A DNA stretch of 64,000 bases from a virus, in the IMG/VR virus record IMGVR_UViG_3300042945_002791; one strand, given 5' to 3'. Each line of letters opens with the position of its first letter. The stretch's first letter is position 1. Below the pieces are notes generated by a model. That model saw nothing but the letters and a program-made list of their open reading frames with translations, was not told the DNA's origin and did not search any database. The translations under genes were made by a program, and so were the position numbers. Of this stretch, positions 10,401-20,671 are shown piece after piece.

Positions 10401-10825
10401 TTCCTTCACTATATTCTTCTATTAAAGAGTGGTCAATTCTTGGCTTTCCATAATATCCATCTATAAAAGATTTAGAGGATATATTAATAATATTATGGTA
10501 CCCAATATTGTTCTTTGCAAGAATGGTTATATGATAAGGGCCTCTTTGTTCCCACTCATTTTTTGCAGGACCAGATCTTTCTTCTTCATCTCTATCAAAT
10601 CTAGTTTTTCTAGCCTGATAGAATTCCGATCCGAGTATCGGTTTTACCCCAATACTTTTACCTGCATCATAAAAGTCAAGCCACGAGTGTATATTGCCAT
10701 GGTCTGTCGTTGCAAGGCCTGACATCCCGTAATGATTTTGCCCTTGTTAAATATTGCTCTATGTCTCCATGCCCATCTAGCATAGAAAAAACGGTATGAT
10801 TATGCAGGTTCGTCCAGTTCTTCAT
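7486..10825 (-). CDS. dnaE: DNA polymerase III alpha subunit (DnaE-type) with +1 shift at CGGG (10726-10729)
   Basis: MKNWTNLHNHTVFSMLDGHGDIEQYLTRAKSL-[CGGG]-MSGLATTDHGNIHSWL joins the PHP N-terminus to the 1079-aa ORF (RGSAAGS, PDIDLDF, RPGPM, GLGSINGIG); span 3340 mod 3 = 1. Confidence 0.95.
10726..10729 (-). other. +1 shift site TTA-CGG-G
   Basis: DnaE PHP domain. Confidence 0.9.
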
Positions 10826-10832
10826 GGAACTA

Positions 10833-11042
10833 TTATAGTCCTCTTTCTCTATCGCTGGAGTCTAAAGAAGAGTCTCTTCTTTCTCTATAGGTGATAATTA
10901 CTACTCCGCCACAATATGTGCACGGAACGGATAGTCCTTGTTGCGCAAAAGAACTCTTTTCCATGTAAGACATTGGTTGATCAGATTTGCACTCAGAACA
11001 AACTCCAATAACATCATCTGGATTATTTATCTTTTCCATCAT
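10833..11042 (-). CDS. small zinc-ribbon protein
   Basis: GVCSECKS...CTYCGG. Confidence 0.5.
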   Translation of the reverse strand: MMEKINNPDDVIGVCSECKSDQPMSYMEKSSFAQQGLSVPCTYCGGVVIITYRERRDSSLDSSDRERGL

Positions 11043-12232
11043 TTTCCTTTCTATTTGTTTTATAAGCGAATCTTATTGGTGAAGGAGATGACTTTTCTTG
11101 AGTCTCTATATATTTTTCTCCTACTTTAACCCATTTTTTTCTTTCTTCTAACTGACAGCTACCACAACCAACGCCAACAGAGTTAGCTCTTTCACATGTA
11201 TATGGTCTGCCACCAATGCCCATTTCTCTTCTCTTTATCCAATCATTAATATGTGCAGAGGATTTTTCAAAATTATAGTCATGACACATACTTAAAATCT
11301 CATGCAAAACTTTTATTGATTCTTCTGTATAAGTTAGAATAGAGCAAAGAAATAGTCTTGCCTCATGCTCCAAGAAACCCTGTTCTTTTGCTTGCGTATA
11401 AAGTCTTGCAAATGCTGAACAGCTTTTGAATAGTTCTTTTGGTGTAAAAACTTTTTCTGAAGCTTTAAAGTTTTTAAGTGCGTTAGTGCCATTTTTGTTA
11501 AAGTAAGAAAGAAAGTCTTTACTTCTTTCTTTTTCTTCTTCCATTTTATAAGAGTACTCCCTATACCACTCATTGGCTTTGTAGGAAAAAACATAAGGTT
11601 CATAATCAATATTCTTTTTTTCTTTAGAACTATTCATAATAAAATCTATTCCATAGCTAAATTCACTAAAAGTAAATAAGGTTTTATATAAGCCAGTATC
11701 TTGATGCTTTGACCCAGGAAGTCTCCACATTCTTCTAAGGTCATAGACACTCAAATCAAGTGTGTTTAAAGATAAAATTTTCTTAATGTCTGATGCTATA
11801 AATTTATAAACTTTAGGAAGATCGTTACCTGGAGAAATTCCAAGTGCTACTGCATCACATTCTATATGAAAACCTTTTTTGCCAGTGAAGTATATTCTAA
11901 TAGCTTCTTCTGGAATTTTCTTTTTTAAAAAATCAATAAGTTTATTTGCTTCTAGATAAGATTCGTTTATATCTTTTGAATCTAAATCAAAATATAGGTT
12001 TGAATATCTTGTTGACGAATCTACATCATGACTGTTGTATAGCCATACAGAAGTATATATTCCGAGTGTTTGCATGTTTATCTGAGTAAGCATCCACGTC
12101 TGAATAGTCTATTACTAAAGGATTATTGTCTTTTTTATCTCTAATAACCCTAGACAAAGATGGTACATACCTAGCTACTTCTACATATTTCCATGCGCTC
12201 AAGTACTTTGATTGATCTTTTTCAGGCTTCAC
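11023..12232 (-). CDS. archaeo-eukaryotic primase-like protein with +1 shift at CGGA (12061-12064)
   Basis: MKPEKDQSKYLS...DKHANT-[CGGA]-IYTSVWLYNSHDVDSSTRYSNLYFDLDS...IYFTGKKGFHIECDA...DLRRMWRLPGSKHQDTGLYK; span 1210 mod 3 = 1. Confidence 0.85.
12061..12064 (-). other. +1 shift site ACT-CGG-A
   Basis: primase. Confidence 0.83.
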
Positions 12233-12417
12233 TTTATTTTTCCTTTGCCAGAATCTTGTGAATAGTTATATATTACTACCTTATCTGACTTCATTTCAAA
12301 AGAGTAGGTTCGATAGTAAACGGATTCTTCTATTAGCTTTTCTATGTTTGAAACTAAATAGTTTCTTTTAAACATTTTTTCTTCAGAAAAATCAGCTGAC
12401 TTTCCATCGTTCTTCAT
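12229..12417 (-). CDS. hypothetical protein
   Basis: 62-aa ORF in the operon. Confidence 0.35.
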   Translation of the reverse strand: MKNDGKSADFSEEKMFKRNYLVSNIEKLIEESVYYRTYSFEMKSDKVVIYNYSQDSGKGKIK

Positions 12418-13075
12418 TTATGTTTTCTCCGTCGACTATGTAGTGAAGCTTTGAAGCTAAATTGTCAGCTGTATGAACAATCATATCTAAGTAAGTTATT
12501 GGAACAGTTTCTGGTATAGGAGACCATGGGCCTAAGTGACATCTGATAAGTCTCAAAATTGTTTGTACGTCTTCTTCATTTAAAAAAAGAGTAGAAGACT
12601 GAGCTTCGCTTGCATACTTTTTATCTTCTTCTTGACATTTTTTAATTATATCTACAACAGTATACGGATGCATCTTATCATACCTAACAGACCCGTCGAC
12701 CTGTTCTTTTCCTTTTGTTATATCATGTAAAAGGCAAGCAGCTATAACAAGATCAAACTCTTCTGAAGACACACTATGAGACTCGCAAAGTATTTTTGCC
12801 GCTCTTACTACTCTCTTTGTGTGCAGTACGTTTCCGCCAGCAAATCTTTCATCTGGTGGATGATGTTTACCTGAAAAACTAGCGGGTATCTTCCAAAATA
12901 GATCAGCCCTTATTAGTATAGATCTCACAAAAGACTTCAAGCCTTCATCGCTTATTAGTTCAACTTCTTCAATGATAGATTCTAAAAATTTATCTTCTTC
13001 AGAAATCATTGAAACAATAGGTGAATCGTCAAGTAGATCATCTAGTAAGTCTTTTTTATCATTTTGCTTTGACAT
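12392..13075 (-). CDS. HD-domain phosphohydrolase
   Basis: HTKRVVRAAKIL...LVIAACLLHDITKG...HTADNLASK. Confidence 0.75.
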   Translation of the reverse strand: MSKQNDKKDLLDDLLDDSPIVSMISEEDKFLESIIEEVELISDEGLKSFVRSILIRADLFWKIPASFSGKHHPPDERFAGGNVLHTKRVVRAAKILCESHSVSSEEFDLVIAACLLHDITKGKEQVDGSVRYDKMHPYTVVDIIKKCQEEDKKYASEAQSSTLFLNEEDVQTILRLIRCHLGPWSPIPETVPITYLDMIVHTADNLASKLHYIVDGENINEERWKVS

Positions 13076-13862
13076 TTTCTTCTTCCTTTAGGTTCCATTT
13101 AGACCATTTTGAACAGGGTGTATCAAACGGACATTTCTTGCAGTAGTAGGTTAAACCTCTTCTTGGTGCGTATACTTCAGAATCTTCCAACTCTTCCACC
13201 CAAAAGTTTACAAGGTCAATATAATCTGATTCCTTATCTAACAGATTTAGATTAGAATCATTAGCTAATATATCATAATATCCATAATATACTGGTTTGT
13301 TAGTCATTAATTTCTTTTTACTATAAGCGTACTGCATGCATGCAAAATCGAGAACGTACAAGTGCTCATGAGATGTTTTATAATTAAATACCCATTTAAC
13401 TACATAAATACAATTATTTTTAGTATAGATTAAATCAAAAACGTCTGATACTACAGTGTTATTGACGGGCAAAAAGTATTCTTCAGATATACCAATTGGA
13501 ATAATATCTGGATCAGAAAAATAATTATAAAAAACCAACAGACAAGCAGCTGCTTTAGTTGTTAAGCTAGCCATATTACCATAGGCTGATTCATGCTTAT
13601 CATTAATAATATCTTGCACTCCGGAACCTTCTGGGAACCAAAGCTTTTGCCATCTATTTAATAATGCCGAGTATGACGGTGGCATTCCGCTTTGCTTTTT
13701 ATATAGAAAAAAGCTCATTACACTTTTTAATGTATTTTCAAATCTAAGAGAAACTAAATCCCTACTAGGAATAGTTTCATTCATCTTTTTTACATACCTA
13801 TAATCATAAAGTAGTGCACATGTTTGAAAGTCTTTTAAAGACTTTGGAGTTACCTTGTTCAT
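13059..13862 (-). CDS. PD-(D/E)XK / Cas4-like protein (divergent)
   Basis: SLKDFQTCALLYDYRYVKK...CKKCPFDTPCSKW C-terminal Cys cluster. Confidence 0.55.
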   Translation of the reverse strand: MNKVTPKSLKDFQTCALLYDYRYVKKMNETIPSRDLVSLRFENTLKSVMSFFLYKKQSGMPPSYSALLNRWQKLWFPEGSGVQDIINDKHESAYGNMASLTTKAAACLLVFYNYFSDPDIIPIGISEEYFLPVNNTVVSDVFDLIYTKNNCIYVVKWVFNYKTSHEHLYVLDFACMQYAYSKKKLMTNKPVYYGYYDILANDSNLNLLDKESDYIDLVNFWVEELEDSEVYAPRRGLTYYCKKCPFDTPCSKWSKWNLKEEENVKAK

Positions 13863-15313
13863 TAAGAAAAATCACCGCCCAATAGATCGTCAAGTATAGA
13901 AGAAGCTGTGCTATAAGATTCTTCTGTTACTACATTATACTCTTCATATGTTTTTTTAGAGTCTACATATCTGACTAAAGGTGGATCAAATATAAAAGTT
14001 GATCCAGTAATTCTATTTTTTGGTATCTGCAATTGCATTAAGTACTCGTCATCTGAATCATCTCCAGATATTAATCTTTTTTCAGTAATAAATATTGTTA
14101 CAGCGCATTTCTGTTGAATAGCAAGAGATCCACCAGTATCAGACTGTTGAACTACTTCTCTTTTTTCTTTCATTCTATTAGCATTTTCTTGCGCAGTAAT
14201 AATTAAAACGCAATTCATGTCTCTAGCTAATTTTTCTAGTCTTACCATCATTTCTTCAAACTCTCCCCATCTAGGCTTACCTTTTCCACCCCTAGTAAAC
14301 ATAGACTGTATTGTGTCAATAACAATAACATCTGGAAGCTTTGAATTATGACCCATTAAATCCCTAAGCCATCTTTCAAGGTCTTCAAAGTATGGAGTAT
14401 CTGGATCATGTCTTACCATAAATCTTTCACCCCATTCATCTAACTTATCTTGAAAAACTTTTAGATGCTTTTCTTTTTCTTGAGTAGACCATTTTGACAG
14501 CTCAGCATAGACGTTTTTTCCTATAATTTGAGTCATTAATACACGCTCCCAATGAGCAGTGGCCTCCTCAAAATTCACAAACAAAGCAGAATAACCATTA
14601 TCAACCCAGTTATTTACTAAGCACTTAGCAAAAGTCGATTTACCCTTGCCAGATGGTGCGATTATGGCATGAACTGCCCCTTTAAAGAACCCACCTTCGT
14701 CTGTATACCCCATTGCTCTATTAAGTGCTTTGAATTGAGTAGGCATGAAGTCTGGTATATTTAAAAGTTCTCTTGCTCTAGAGGAAATGTCAGATGCTGT
14801 CGTAACCTTTTCTAGTGGGTCATAATTAATCTGGCCTTCTATTTCTCTAATCTTGGTAGTTAGTATAGATATTCTATCTATATCCTCATCAGACTTATTA
14901 TTTTTTTGACTAATAAGTATCTGCAGTTCTTGTAAGTATTCAAGTTGCTTTCTTTTATTTGCCTTGTGTTCTATCAACTTTAAAACAGATTCTTGGTCTG
15001 ATAAATCTATTTCAAGGAGTATAGAAAACATTGCATCAACGCCAGGAATACCACCGAGTGCGTCATATATATCTGTTTCTGTTTCAAGCCACGATTTAAA
15101 TGCTATTGGATCTACAATGTCTAATGCAGTTGCTTTATAGTATGCAACTATAGCATTATAGAATTCATATATTCCAAGCTGACCATGATTCAGTCCTACC
15201 ATTTCTGCTGGAAGCTGTTCAACAAAAAAGGATACAGAACCTTTATTTCTTAAACAAAGTGCAAAGATTTGATATTCTATTGGATAAGTTTGTTTTTCAT
15301 CTTCGTTTGTCAT
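13862..15313 (-). CDS. replicative DNA helicase (DnaB-like)
   Basis: IIAPSGKGKSTFAKCLVNNW...VIVIDTIQSMFTRG...VIITAQENAN. Confidence 0.85.
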   Translation of the reverse strand: MTNEDEKQTYPIEYQIFALCLRNKGSVSFFVEQLPAEMVGLNHGQLGIYEFYNAIVAYYKATALDIVDPIAFKSWLETETDIYDALGGIPGVDAMFSILLEIDLSDQESVLKLIEHKANKRKQLEYLQELQILISQKNNKSDEDIDRISILTTKIREIEGQINYDPLEKVTTASDISSRARELLNIPDFMPTQFKALNRAMGYTDEGGFFKGAVHAIIAPSGKGKSTFAKCLVNNWVDNGYSALFVNFEEATAHWERVLMTQIIGKNVYAELSKWSTQEKEKHLKVFQDKLDEWGERFMVRHDPDTPYFEDLERWLRDLMGHNSKLPDVIVIDTIQSMFTRGGKGKPRWGEFEEMMVRLEKLARDMNCVLIITAQENANRMKEKREVVQQSDTGGSLAIQQKCAVTIFITEKRLISGDDSDDEYLMQLQIPKNRITGSTFIFDPPLVRYVDSKKTYEEYNVVTEESYSTASSILDDLLGGDFS

Positions 15314-15935
15314 TTTTCTTTTTCATCTCTTTGTACATTTGTTTTCTACTACTATTATATCTCTTTTTTGCTTTTTGATAATACGGGTTTGTCGTTATTG
15401 ACTTTTTGTCTTCAGTATAAAAGTCTGTTGACTTTAAAGCTTCTAACATTCTTTGATAGACCGCATCTTCTGTAAGTTTGTCATTATATCTAAATATAAC
15501 TAGAGCAATTCCTTGCTCTCTACAAAGCTCTATCTTTCTTTTATCTCTCTCAATAGATCTTTCAAAATCTTCTTTAGAATTAAAGAATCTACCAGTGTAA
15601 TAAAAATGCTGTCGTCCATGATACTCTGCTCCTATTTTATATTTTGGACAGAATATATCAAGCTTTAGTCTTTCACCAACATGATATTCATTAATTATTT
15701 TTTCATTGGGCAATAGCTTTTGCATTATTGAGGTTAATGCAGCTTGTCCTCTAGACATTTTTCTATGCTTAGATTTAGCCCAAGAAAGACCTGATGACTG
15801 AATTTTCTTGTTCAAAAATGATAGGGTCCAACCAAGTTCTTTAGCTATTTCAGTTAAGGAAAGCGAAGACTCCATCAAGAGATCTGTCATATACTCTATG
15901 TCATCTTCGTCGTATTTGGTTATATCCTTAGGCAT
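15297..15935 (-). CDS. HTH plus VSR/DUF559-like endonuclease
   Basis: LTEIAKELGWTLSFLNKKI...LKLDIFCPKYKIGAEYHGRQHF...DKRKIELCREQGIALVIFRY. Confidence 0.65.
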   Translation of the reverse strand: MPKDITKYDEDDIEYMTDLLMESSLSLTEIAKELGWTLSFLNKKIQSSGLSWAKSKHRKMSRGQAALTSIMQKLLPNEKIINEYHVGERLKLDIFCPKYKIGAEYHGRQHFYYTGRFFNSKEDFERSIERDKRKIELCREQGIALVIFRYNDKLTEDAVYQRMLEALKSTDFYTEDKKSITTNPYYQKAKKRYNSSRKQMYKEMKKKNDKRR

Positions 15936-15936
15936 A

Positions 15937-16602
15937 TCACTGCCTATTCGTTATGCTAAACACCTTACCAAAATCTAGTATTGACATATCTGTCTTAGAC
16001 CACACCTTAGAAGCTAGGGCAGAAGAAAGAACTGGACAGTCAAATATGCAGTAATCTAATTCAGATGAATTATCTACAATTGAATCTACAATTGAATCAA
16101 TTCTGTCATAAAAGTCATTATAAGGAACATGAATGATTTTTGAATTAATTCCAATAATATTTTGTATGTTCTTTTTTTCATGAAAAGTTACAACAATATT
16201 TTTACTGTACCTAATATAGAAATTAATAAAACTTTCAAAAGCTACCTTATTATTTGTAAACATGTTCTCAAAAACTCCAGCATCATAGACTGTTGAGTTT
16301 GACAGTTGTGGAATATTGTTGACATCAATTCCAGATGTCGGACTAAAGATATAGTCTGGTAGCGCCTTAAAAAAGTTCTTGTCATTTAAAGACAAAGTGT
16401 TTTGCACTGCTTTAGTAAAATACTTTGGTGGTCTCTTCTCTGCTGGCATTCTACCAGAAGCCACCATTAAAGCAGACTTAGGAAAGGAAACGTAACCAAA
16501 CCTATTTTTATTTGACATTAAGTATGTTAGGTCTATAATGCTTTCTTTAAAATTTTTAACAATCATACAAGCTCCAATGTTTGTTGTCCAAATACACCCC
16601 AT
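15937..16602 (-). CDS. hypothetical protein, possibly a glycosyltransferase
   Basis: 221-aa ORF next to a GT2 gene; weak assignment. Confidence 0.35.
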   Translation of the reverse strand: MGCIWTTNIGACMIVKNFKESIIDLTYLMSNKNRFGYVSFPKSALMVASGRMPAEKRPPKYFTKAVQNTLSLNDKNFFKALPDYIFSPTSGIDVNNIPQLSNSTVYDAGVFENMFTNNKVAFESFINFYIRYSKNIVVTFHEKKNIQNIIGINSKIIHVPYNDFYDRIDSIVDSIVDNSSELDYCIFDCPVLSSALASKVWSKTDMSILDFGKVFSITNRQ

Positions 16603-17285
16603 GGTATAAGAACTGGTTCTTTATCTAAAATAGATTGTAGGTGAATTATATTATGGAACTCACCTTTATCTAAGGTCATGTATCTTTCATATTTAGACTG
16701 TTTATCTTCATCTTTTATGTAACCCATATGCTGCATTACAAAAGGGTTTTCAAACCAATAGTTTCTACTTCTAACCCAAGACTCTACGTATGTAGGCTCT
16801 GATCCGCAAGCCAATCTTTTATCTCTGTAAACACCATCTTTAGCAAATCTGAAAATTCTAAAAGTATTATGAGGTGCCCACATTTTATCAACCCTATAAG
16901 ATGTTGAATTCCACATTTCATATCGTCTAACATTAGCAACATCAAATGGAGACTTAGTTAAAACATCACCTATTGATTCGTTTGTTTTTGTATATAACTT
17001 TTCGTCAGCATCTATAGCAACAATCCAGTCTCCTGGCTTTGCGTGATTTGACAGGTTTTTCCAAGCTTCGCTTCTTAGCATTCCTTCATGCTTTGTGAAT
17101 AAAACCTCTTCTGTTTTATAAACCTGCGCATATCCAGAAGCTATCTCTGCAGTATCGTCAGTAGAACAGTCATCTGTAAATATTATTTTATCTACTTGAG
17201 TAGATAATCTTTTTAAGACATCTTCAAGATATCTATTTTCTTCGTTTCTCGCTACCATAACAGCGTAGATCATTTTAATCTCCAA
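16563..17285 (-). CDS. family 2 glycosyltransferase
   Basis: VARNEENRYLEDVLKRLSTQVDKIIFTDDCSTDDTAEIA...WIVAIDADEK. Confidence 0.85.
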   Translation of the reverse strand: MEIKMIYAVMVARNEENRYLEDVLKRLSTQVDKIIFTDDCSTDDTAEIASGYAQVYKTEEVLFTKHEGMLRSEAWKNLSNHAKPGDWIVAIDADEKLYTKTNESIGDVLTKSPFDVANVRRYEMWNSTSYRVDKMWAPHNTFRIFRFAKDGVYRDKRLACGSEPTYVESWVRSRNYWFENPFVMQHMGYIKDEDKQSKYERYMTLDKGEFHNIIHLQSILDKEPVLIPWGVFGQQTLELV

Positions 17286-17339
17286 TTGATAAAGGGTAAG
17301 AGGAAGCGATAAACCTCCTCTTACCCTTGAACAGTAATA

Positions 17340-17522
17340 CTAGGCTTCGATTTGCTTGTGGGCTTCGACTGCTGGAATTCTCTCAACATCTGTTGTCTTA
17401 AGAATTACTTCTCCTCGCACATTTCTGCGCCCATTGGCTAGCTTCTCGGCGTCGCTCTTGCTGTTTGCCTTGACTAGTGTTACAGTTTCTACTGTAAAGT
17501 ATTTGAACTTGTTCTCTGACAT
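17340..17522 (-). CDS. hypothetical protein
   Basis: 60-aa ORF with good RBS spacing. Confidence 0.45.
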   Translation of the reverse strand: MSENKFKYFTVETVTLVKANSKSDAEKLANGRRNVRGEVILKTTDVERIPAVEAHKQIEA

Positions 17523-17534
17523 ATTGTTCCTTTT

Positions 17535-17948
17535 TTAATTTGTTGGATAATGGATAGATATATAGTCTATAGCATCTTGCAGGTTGTTTGCAAGTTTGGT
17601 TGCCATATATTTCATATATGGTCGATCTTTATTTTGAGTAGAGCACATGACTACACAAGGTTGGTCATGCATTTTGGCCCAAGCCATTTCAAAATCTGTT
17701 CCTATGTAAGCCCTATCTTCTAGTAGATATTCTACTAAAATTAAATCTGACTTTTTCTGCATGAACAAATTTTTTTGAACAATTTCATCGGGTGTCATAT
17801 CTGATTCTTCTGGAATAGAAGTTGGATCGTATATTTTATATCCCAAAAACTTGAGGTTTTCTGTTGCAGATTTACGCCAACCCTTGGCGTAGTCTCCAAC
17901 ATAGTCCATAGCTCCAGCTAAATAAACTGTAATGCTCATACTGGCCAA
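17535..17948 (-). CDS. nucleoside 2-deoxyribosyltransferase-like
   Basis: VYLAGAMD...WRKSATENLK...KYDP-like; SDLILVEYLLEDRAYIGTDFEMAWA. Confidence 0.7.
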   Translation of the reverse strand: MASMSITVYLAGAMDYVGDYAKGWRKSATENLKFLGYKIYDPTSIPEESDMTPDEIVQKNLFMQKKSDLILVEYLLEDRAYIGTDFEMAWAKMHDQPCVVMCSTQNKDRPYMKYMATKLANNLQDAIDYISIHYPTN

Positions 17949-18340
17949 TGATACTCTAAATCTGATGGTTCGTCAAAGAACTGTGAATAATACTCGTAAT
18001 CTTTTCTTAGAAGATTAGATCTATGCGATTTATGAAAATCTATGCCACCAAACCAATGGGGGAGTATGATATTTTTATGATCAACTTCTTCAAACTTCAT
18101 ATTATTTTTATAACCACGATCTATCCACTCTAAGATAGTGTAGTTCTGATATAGCTTTAGCGCTTCTTCGTACCCTGTCCACATGCGAGTGACAGGATGG
18201 TTACGCCAACCTTTAGTAGGCGTTCTTTCGAGTAATATATTAAGAACTTGAAATGTTTCAACACGTTGTTTTCCTAACCGACGATAGTCTAATACTTTTA
18301 CTGACTCTACAAAATCTGGGTATGGTAGAAATGTTTGCAT
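17936..18340 (-). CDS. pyrimidine-dimer DNA glycosylase-like family protein
   Basis: MQTFLPYPDFVESVKVLDYRRLGKQRVE...NHPVTRMWTGYEEAL; contains the only in-frame CGG that must be read as a triplet. Confidence 0.65.
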   Translation of the reverse strand: MQTFLPYPDFVESVKVLDYRRLGKQRVETFQVLNILLERTPTKGWRNHPVTRMWTGYEEALKLYQNYTILEWIDRGYKNNMKFEEVDHKNIILPHWFGGIDFHKSHRSNLLRKDYEYYSQFFDEPSDLEYHWPV

Positions 18341-18741
18341 TATTTTTCTTTCTTGAACTCGGTGAAAGTTTTATCTCCAACACCATAATACTCTCTTGCT
18401 AGTCCAGAAGCAACTATGTCCGTATTTAAACATGCTCCTGCTTCATTCCATACTCTAGCAAGAACTCTTCCATATTTCTCGTTCTTATCAATAATTGTTT
18501 CAATTTTTACTTTATGATTTGCTGCTGTCAACCATTGATCAGTAAACTCTTTAGCAGCTAAGCCCATCTTCTTTTCTTCAATATTAGAAGTTCTGCTCTC
18601 TGGGGTATTAACGCCATAAAGACGAACTCTTCCCTTCTTAAGGGTGTCAAATCCCAAGTCAATAACAATATCAAATGTATCGCCATCAACTACCTTTTTA
18701 ACTTCTGCGTTATATATCCAGGGGTTTAATTTATCTGTCAT
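18340..18741 (-). CDS. thermonuclease / staphylococcal nuclease-like
   Basis: KVVDGDTFDIVIDLGF...RLYGVNTPESR...YGRVLARVW. Confidence 0.85.
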   Translation of the reverse strand: MTDKLNPWIYNAEVKKVVDGDTFDIVIDLGFDTLKKGRVRLYGVNTPESRTSNIEEKKMGLAAKEFTDQWLTAANHKVKIETIIDKNEKYGRVLARVWNEAGACLNTDIVASGLAREYYGVGDKTFTEFKKEK

Positions 18742-18742
18742 T

Positions 18743-19546
18743 TTAATCTCTTTCTATTCCAAAATGGTCACATGCTTTTCTAAAAATTTCTCTACTAATT
18801 GGAAAGTATTTATCAACCTCACTAATACCTTCGTTTGGTCTTGGTGTAGATGCATGCCAACTGTGACCTATCGACACTGTGCCGTCATAAACAACATTGT
18901 ATCCCAAGTGTCTTGCAAAATATGCGCACCAAGTTTCTTCGTAGTAATGAGGCGTTGGAAGAAACGCACCTTTAGCTTCTGGGTGTATTTTTTTATATTC
19001 TGGATGATTGGTCATTTCATCCCACACATCTCTTCTAACAAAAAAAGCTGAACCAAAAACTGTTACACAATTTATTCTATCCTTAAACATTGTGTCTTCT
19101 TTATCCTCCAGCATCCACCCTCTTATAACTGGATTGGAGCCAGTTCCCACAACTCCTGCGTGTGTTATTCTTCCGGATTCGTCTCTTTGTTTTACGCCAA
19201 GAATATGAACACTACGATCTTCATCAAAAATCTCTTGCACTCTTTGCACATCCGAAGAAGTCATCCATATGTCTCCGTTTAAAAGAGCGACTATATCTGA
19301 ATTGCATCTACTGGCCATATCATTGCAGGCTGCAGAATATCCTATATTGTTTCTTAAGTATAAATTATCTATCTGATAATTGTGAGAATTTGATCTCATA
19401 AAATCAACAAAGGAATCTGTTGATCCATTGTCTGTTATATATAACTTCCAAACTTTTTCAACACTATCTAAATCAGAATGAAGAGTATCCATCATTCGTT
19501 TTAATAAGGGTGCTGAGTTGTAATTAACAACACAAAGGTCTATCAT
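18743..19546 (-). CDS. family 2 glycosyltransferase
   Basis: CVVNYNSAPLLKRMMDTL...ITDNGSTDSFVDFM...VALLNGDIWM. Confidence 0.85.
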   Translation of the reverse strand: MIDLCVVNYNSAPLLKRMMDTLHSDLDSVEKVWKLYITDNGSTDSFVDFMRSNSHNYQIDNLYLRNNIGYSAACNDMASRCNSDIVALLNGDIWMTSSDVQRVQEIFDEDRSVHILGVKQRDESGRITHAGVVGTGSNPVIRGWMLEDKEDTMFKDRINCVTVFGSAFFVRRDVWDEMTNHPEYKKIHPEAKGAFLPTPHYYEETWCAYFARHLGYNVVYDGTVSIGHSWHASTPRPNEGISEVDKYFPISREIFRKACDHFGIERD

Positions 19547-19800
19547 ATTTTTGTCCTAACTATTTCGTAAGCGTCTTTAGGGTTAAGGCCTGCATCTATT
19601 AAAGATAGATACTGTTGTATGGCATTTGTTAAGTCTTCTTCAAAAAAGAATTCTTTAAGTCTGTTTCCAAACTTTGATGGATCTGATTCTGTATCTACGG
19701 TGTGATTTTTCTTAGGCTTTGAGTATTTCAGTGCTGTATACATTCCGCACAAAGCTGATACAAAAATTAATGTTTTAGTTCCAGTCTTCATCATCATCAT
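19543..19800 (-). CDS. hypothetical protein
   Basis: 85-aa ORF. Confidence 0.4.
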   Translation of the reverse strand: MMMMKTGTKTLIFVSALCGMYTALKYSKPKKNHTVDTESDPSKFGNRLKEFFFEEDLTNAIQQYLSLIDAGLNPKDAYEIVRTKI

Positions 19801-20020
19801 TCATATAAGAAGGGTCAAAATAATTTTGCTCTACGTTAGACCTAATAAAAGCTGCGATTTCTATATATTGTTGTTTAGTATCTTTATCTTCTTCTTTTTT
19901 GGATAAAGATTCAAATACTTCAGCAGCTGCTATAAACCAATCTGCTGTAGCAACTAAATAAGACTCGTGTGGCTTAAGTCTAATGTTTACTTTCTTTTTT
20001 GAATTTAATTTCTTACTCAT
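19775..20020 (-). CDS. hypothetical protein
   Basis: 81-aa ORF. Confidence 0.45.
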   Translation of the reverse strand: MSKKLNSKKKVNIRLKPHESYLVATADWFIAAAEVFESLSKKEEDKDTKQQYIEIAAFIRSNVEQNYFDPSYMNDDDEDWN

Positions 20021-20210
20021 TTTCTTCTTCTACTTTATAGACACAAAGATCATTTGTGTCTGGTTCAAATGTAACAAATAATATTTTTTTTGTATTTGGA
20101 TCTACACCAGCTGGTGGTGGAGATTCTACTGCTATTTTTTTAGATGAACAACCATAAACCTGGCTGACACCTTCGTATACTACTATATAATTAAGCTTTG
20201 ATGCTGGCAT
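20013..20210 (-). CDS. hypothetical protein
   Basis: 65-aa ORF. Confidence 0.45.
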   Translation of the reverse strand: MPASKLNYIVVYEGVSQVYGCSSKKIAVESPPPAGVDPNTKKILFVTFEPDTNDLCVYKVEEENE

Positions 20211-20671
20211 TATACGCTTTCTTTTTCTATTTCCACTACTTCAATGGAAGCTTTGTCAAAATATTCTTTTATTCTAGGCCAATCTTTATAGTTAGAGTCT
20301 TTAAAACAAACTACTTTTTTGATCGTTGTATTACATATTAGCTTAGCGCAGCCGAAACAGGGTGGTCCATTAACATAAATTTTTTCTGGTTCCGAACTGT
20401 AATCACAGTGTATTATAGCGTTTTGTTCGGCGTGTACTGATATACAATTATCGTATACGGAACCATTTAGACTATCTTGTTGGAGCCTTGGACAGCCACC
20501 ATCTTTACAGTGCTTATAATTCTTGGGTCCACCATTGTATCCAAAACCAACTATATGTCCGTGTTTATCCAAAAGTACAGCTGCATACTGCTTTTTTCCG
20601 CACGTAGAAAATATATTAGCAGCGGTTCTACATAGCTCCATATATTGGAGATCTTTTTTTGTGATACTCAT
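20210..20671 (-). CDS. dCMP deaminase
   Basis: SVHAEQNAIIHC...GPPCFGCAKLICNTTIKKVV zinc motif. Confidence 0.9.
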   Translation of the reverse strand: MSITKKDLQYMELCRTAANIFSTCGKKQYAAVLLDKHGHIVGFGYNGGPKNYKHCKDGGCPRLQQDSLNGSVYDNCISVHAEQNAIIHCDYSSEPEKIYVNGPPCFGCAKLICNTTIKKVVCFKDSNYKDWPRIKEYFDKASIEVVEIEKESV

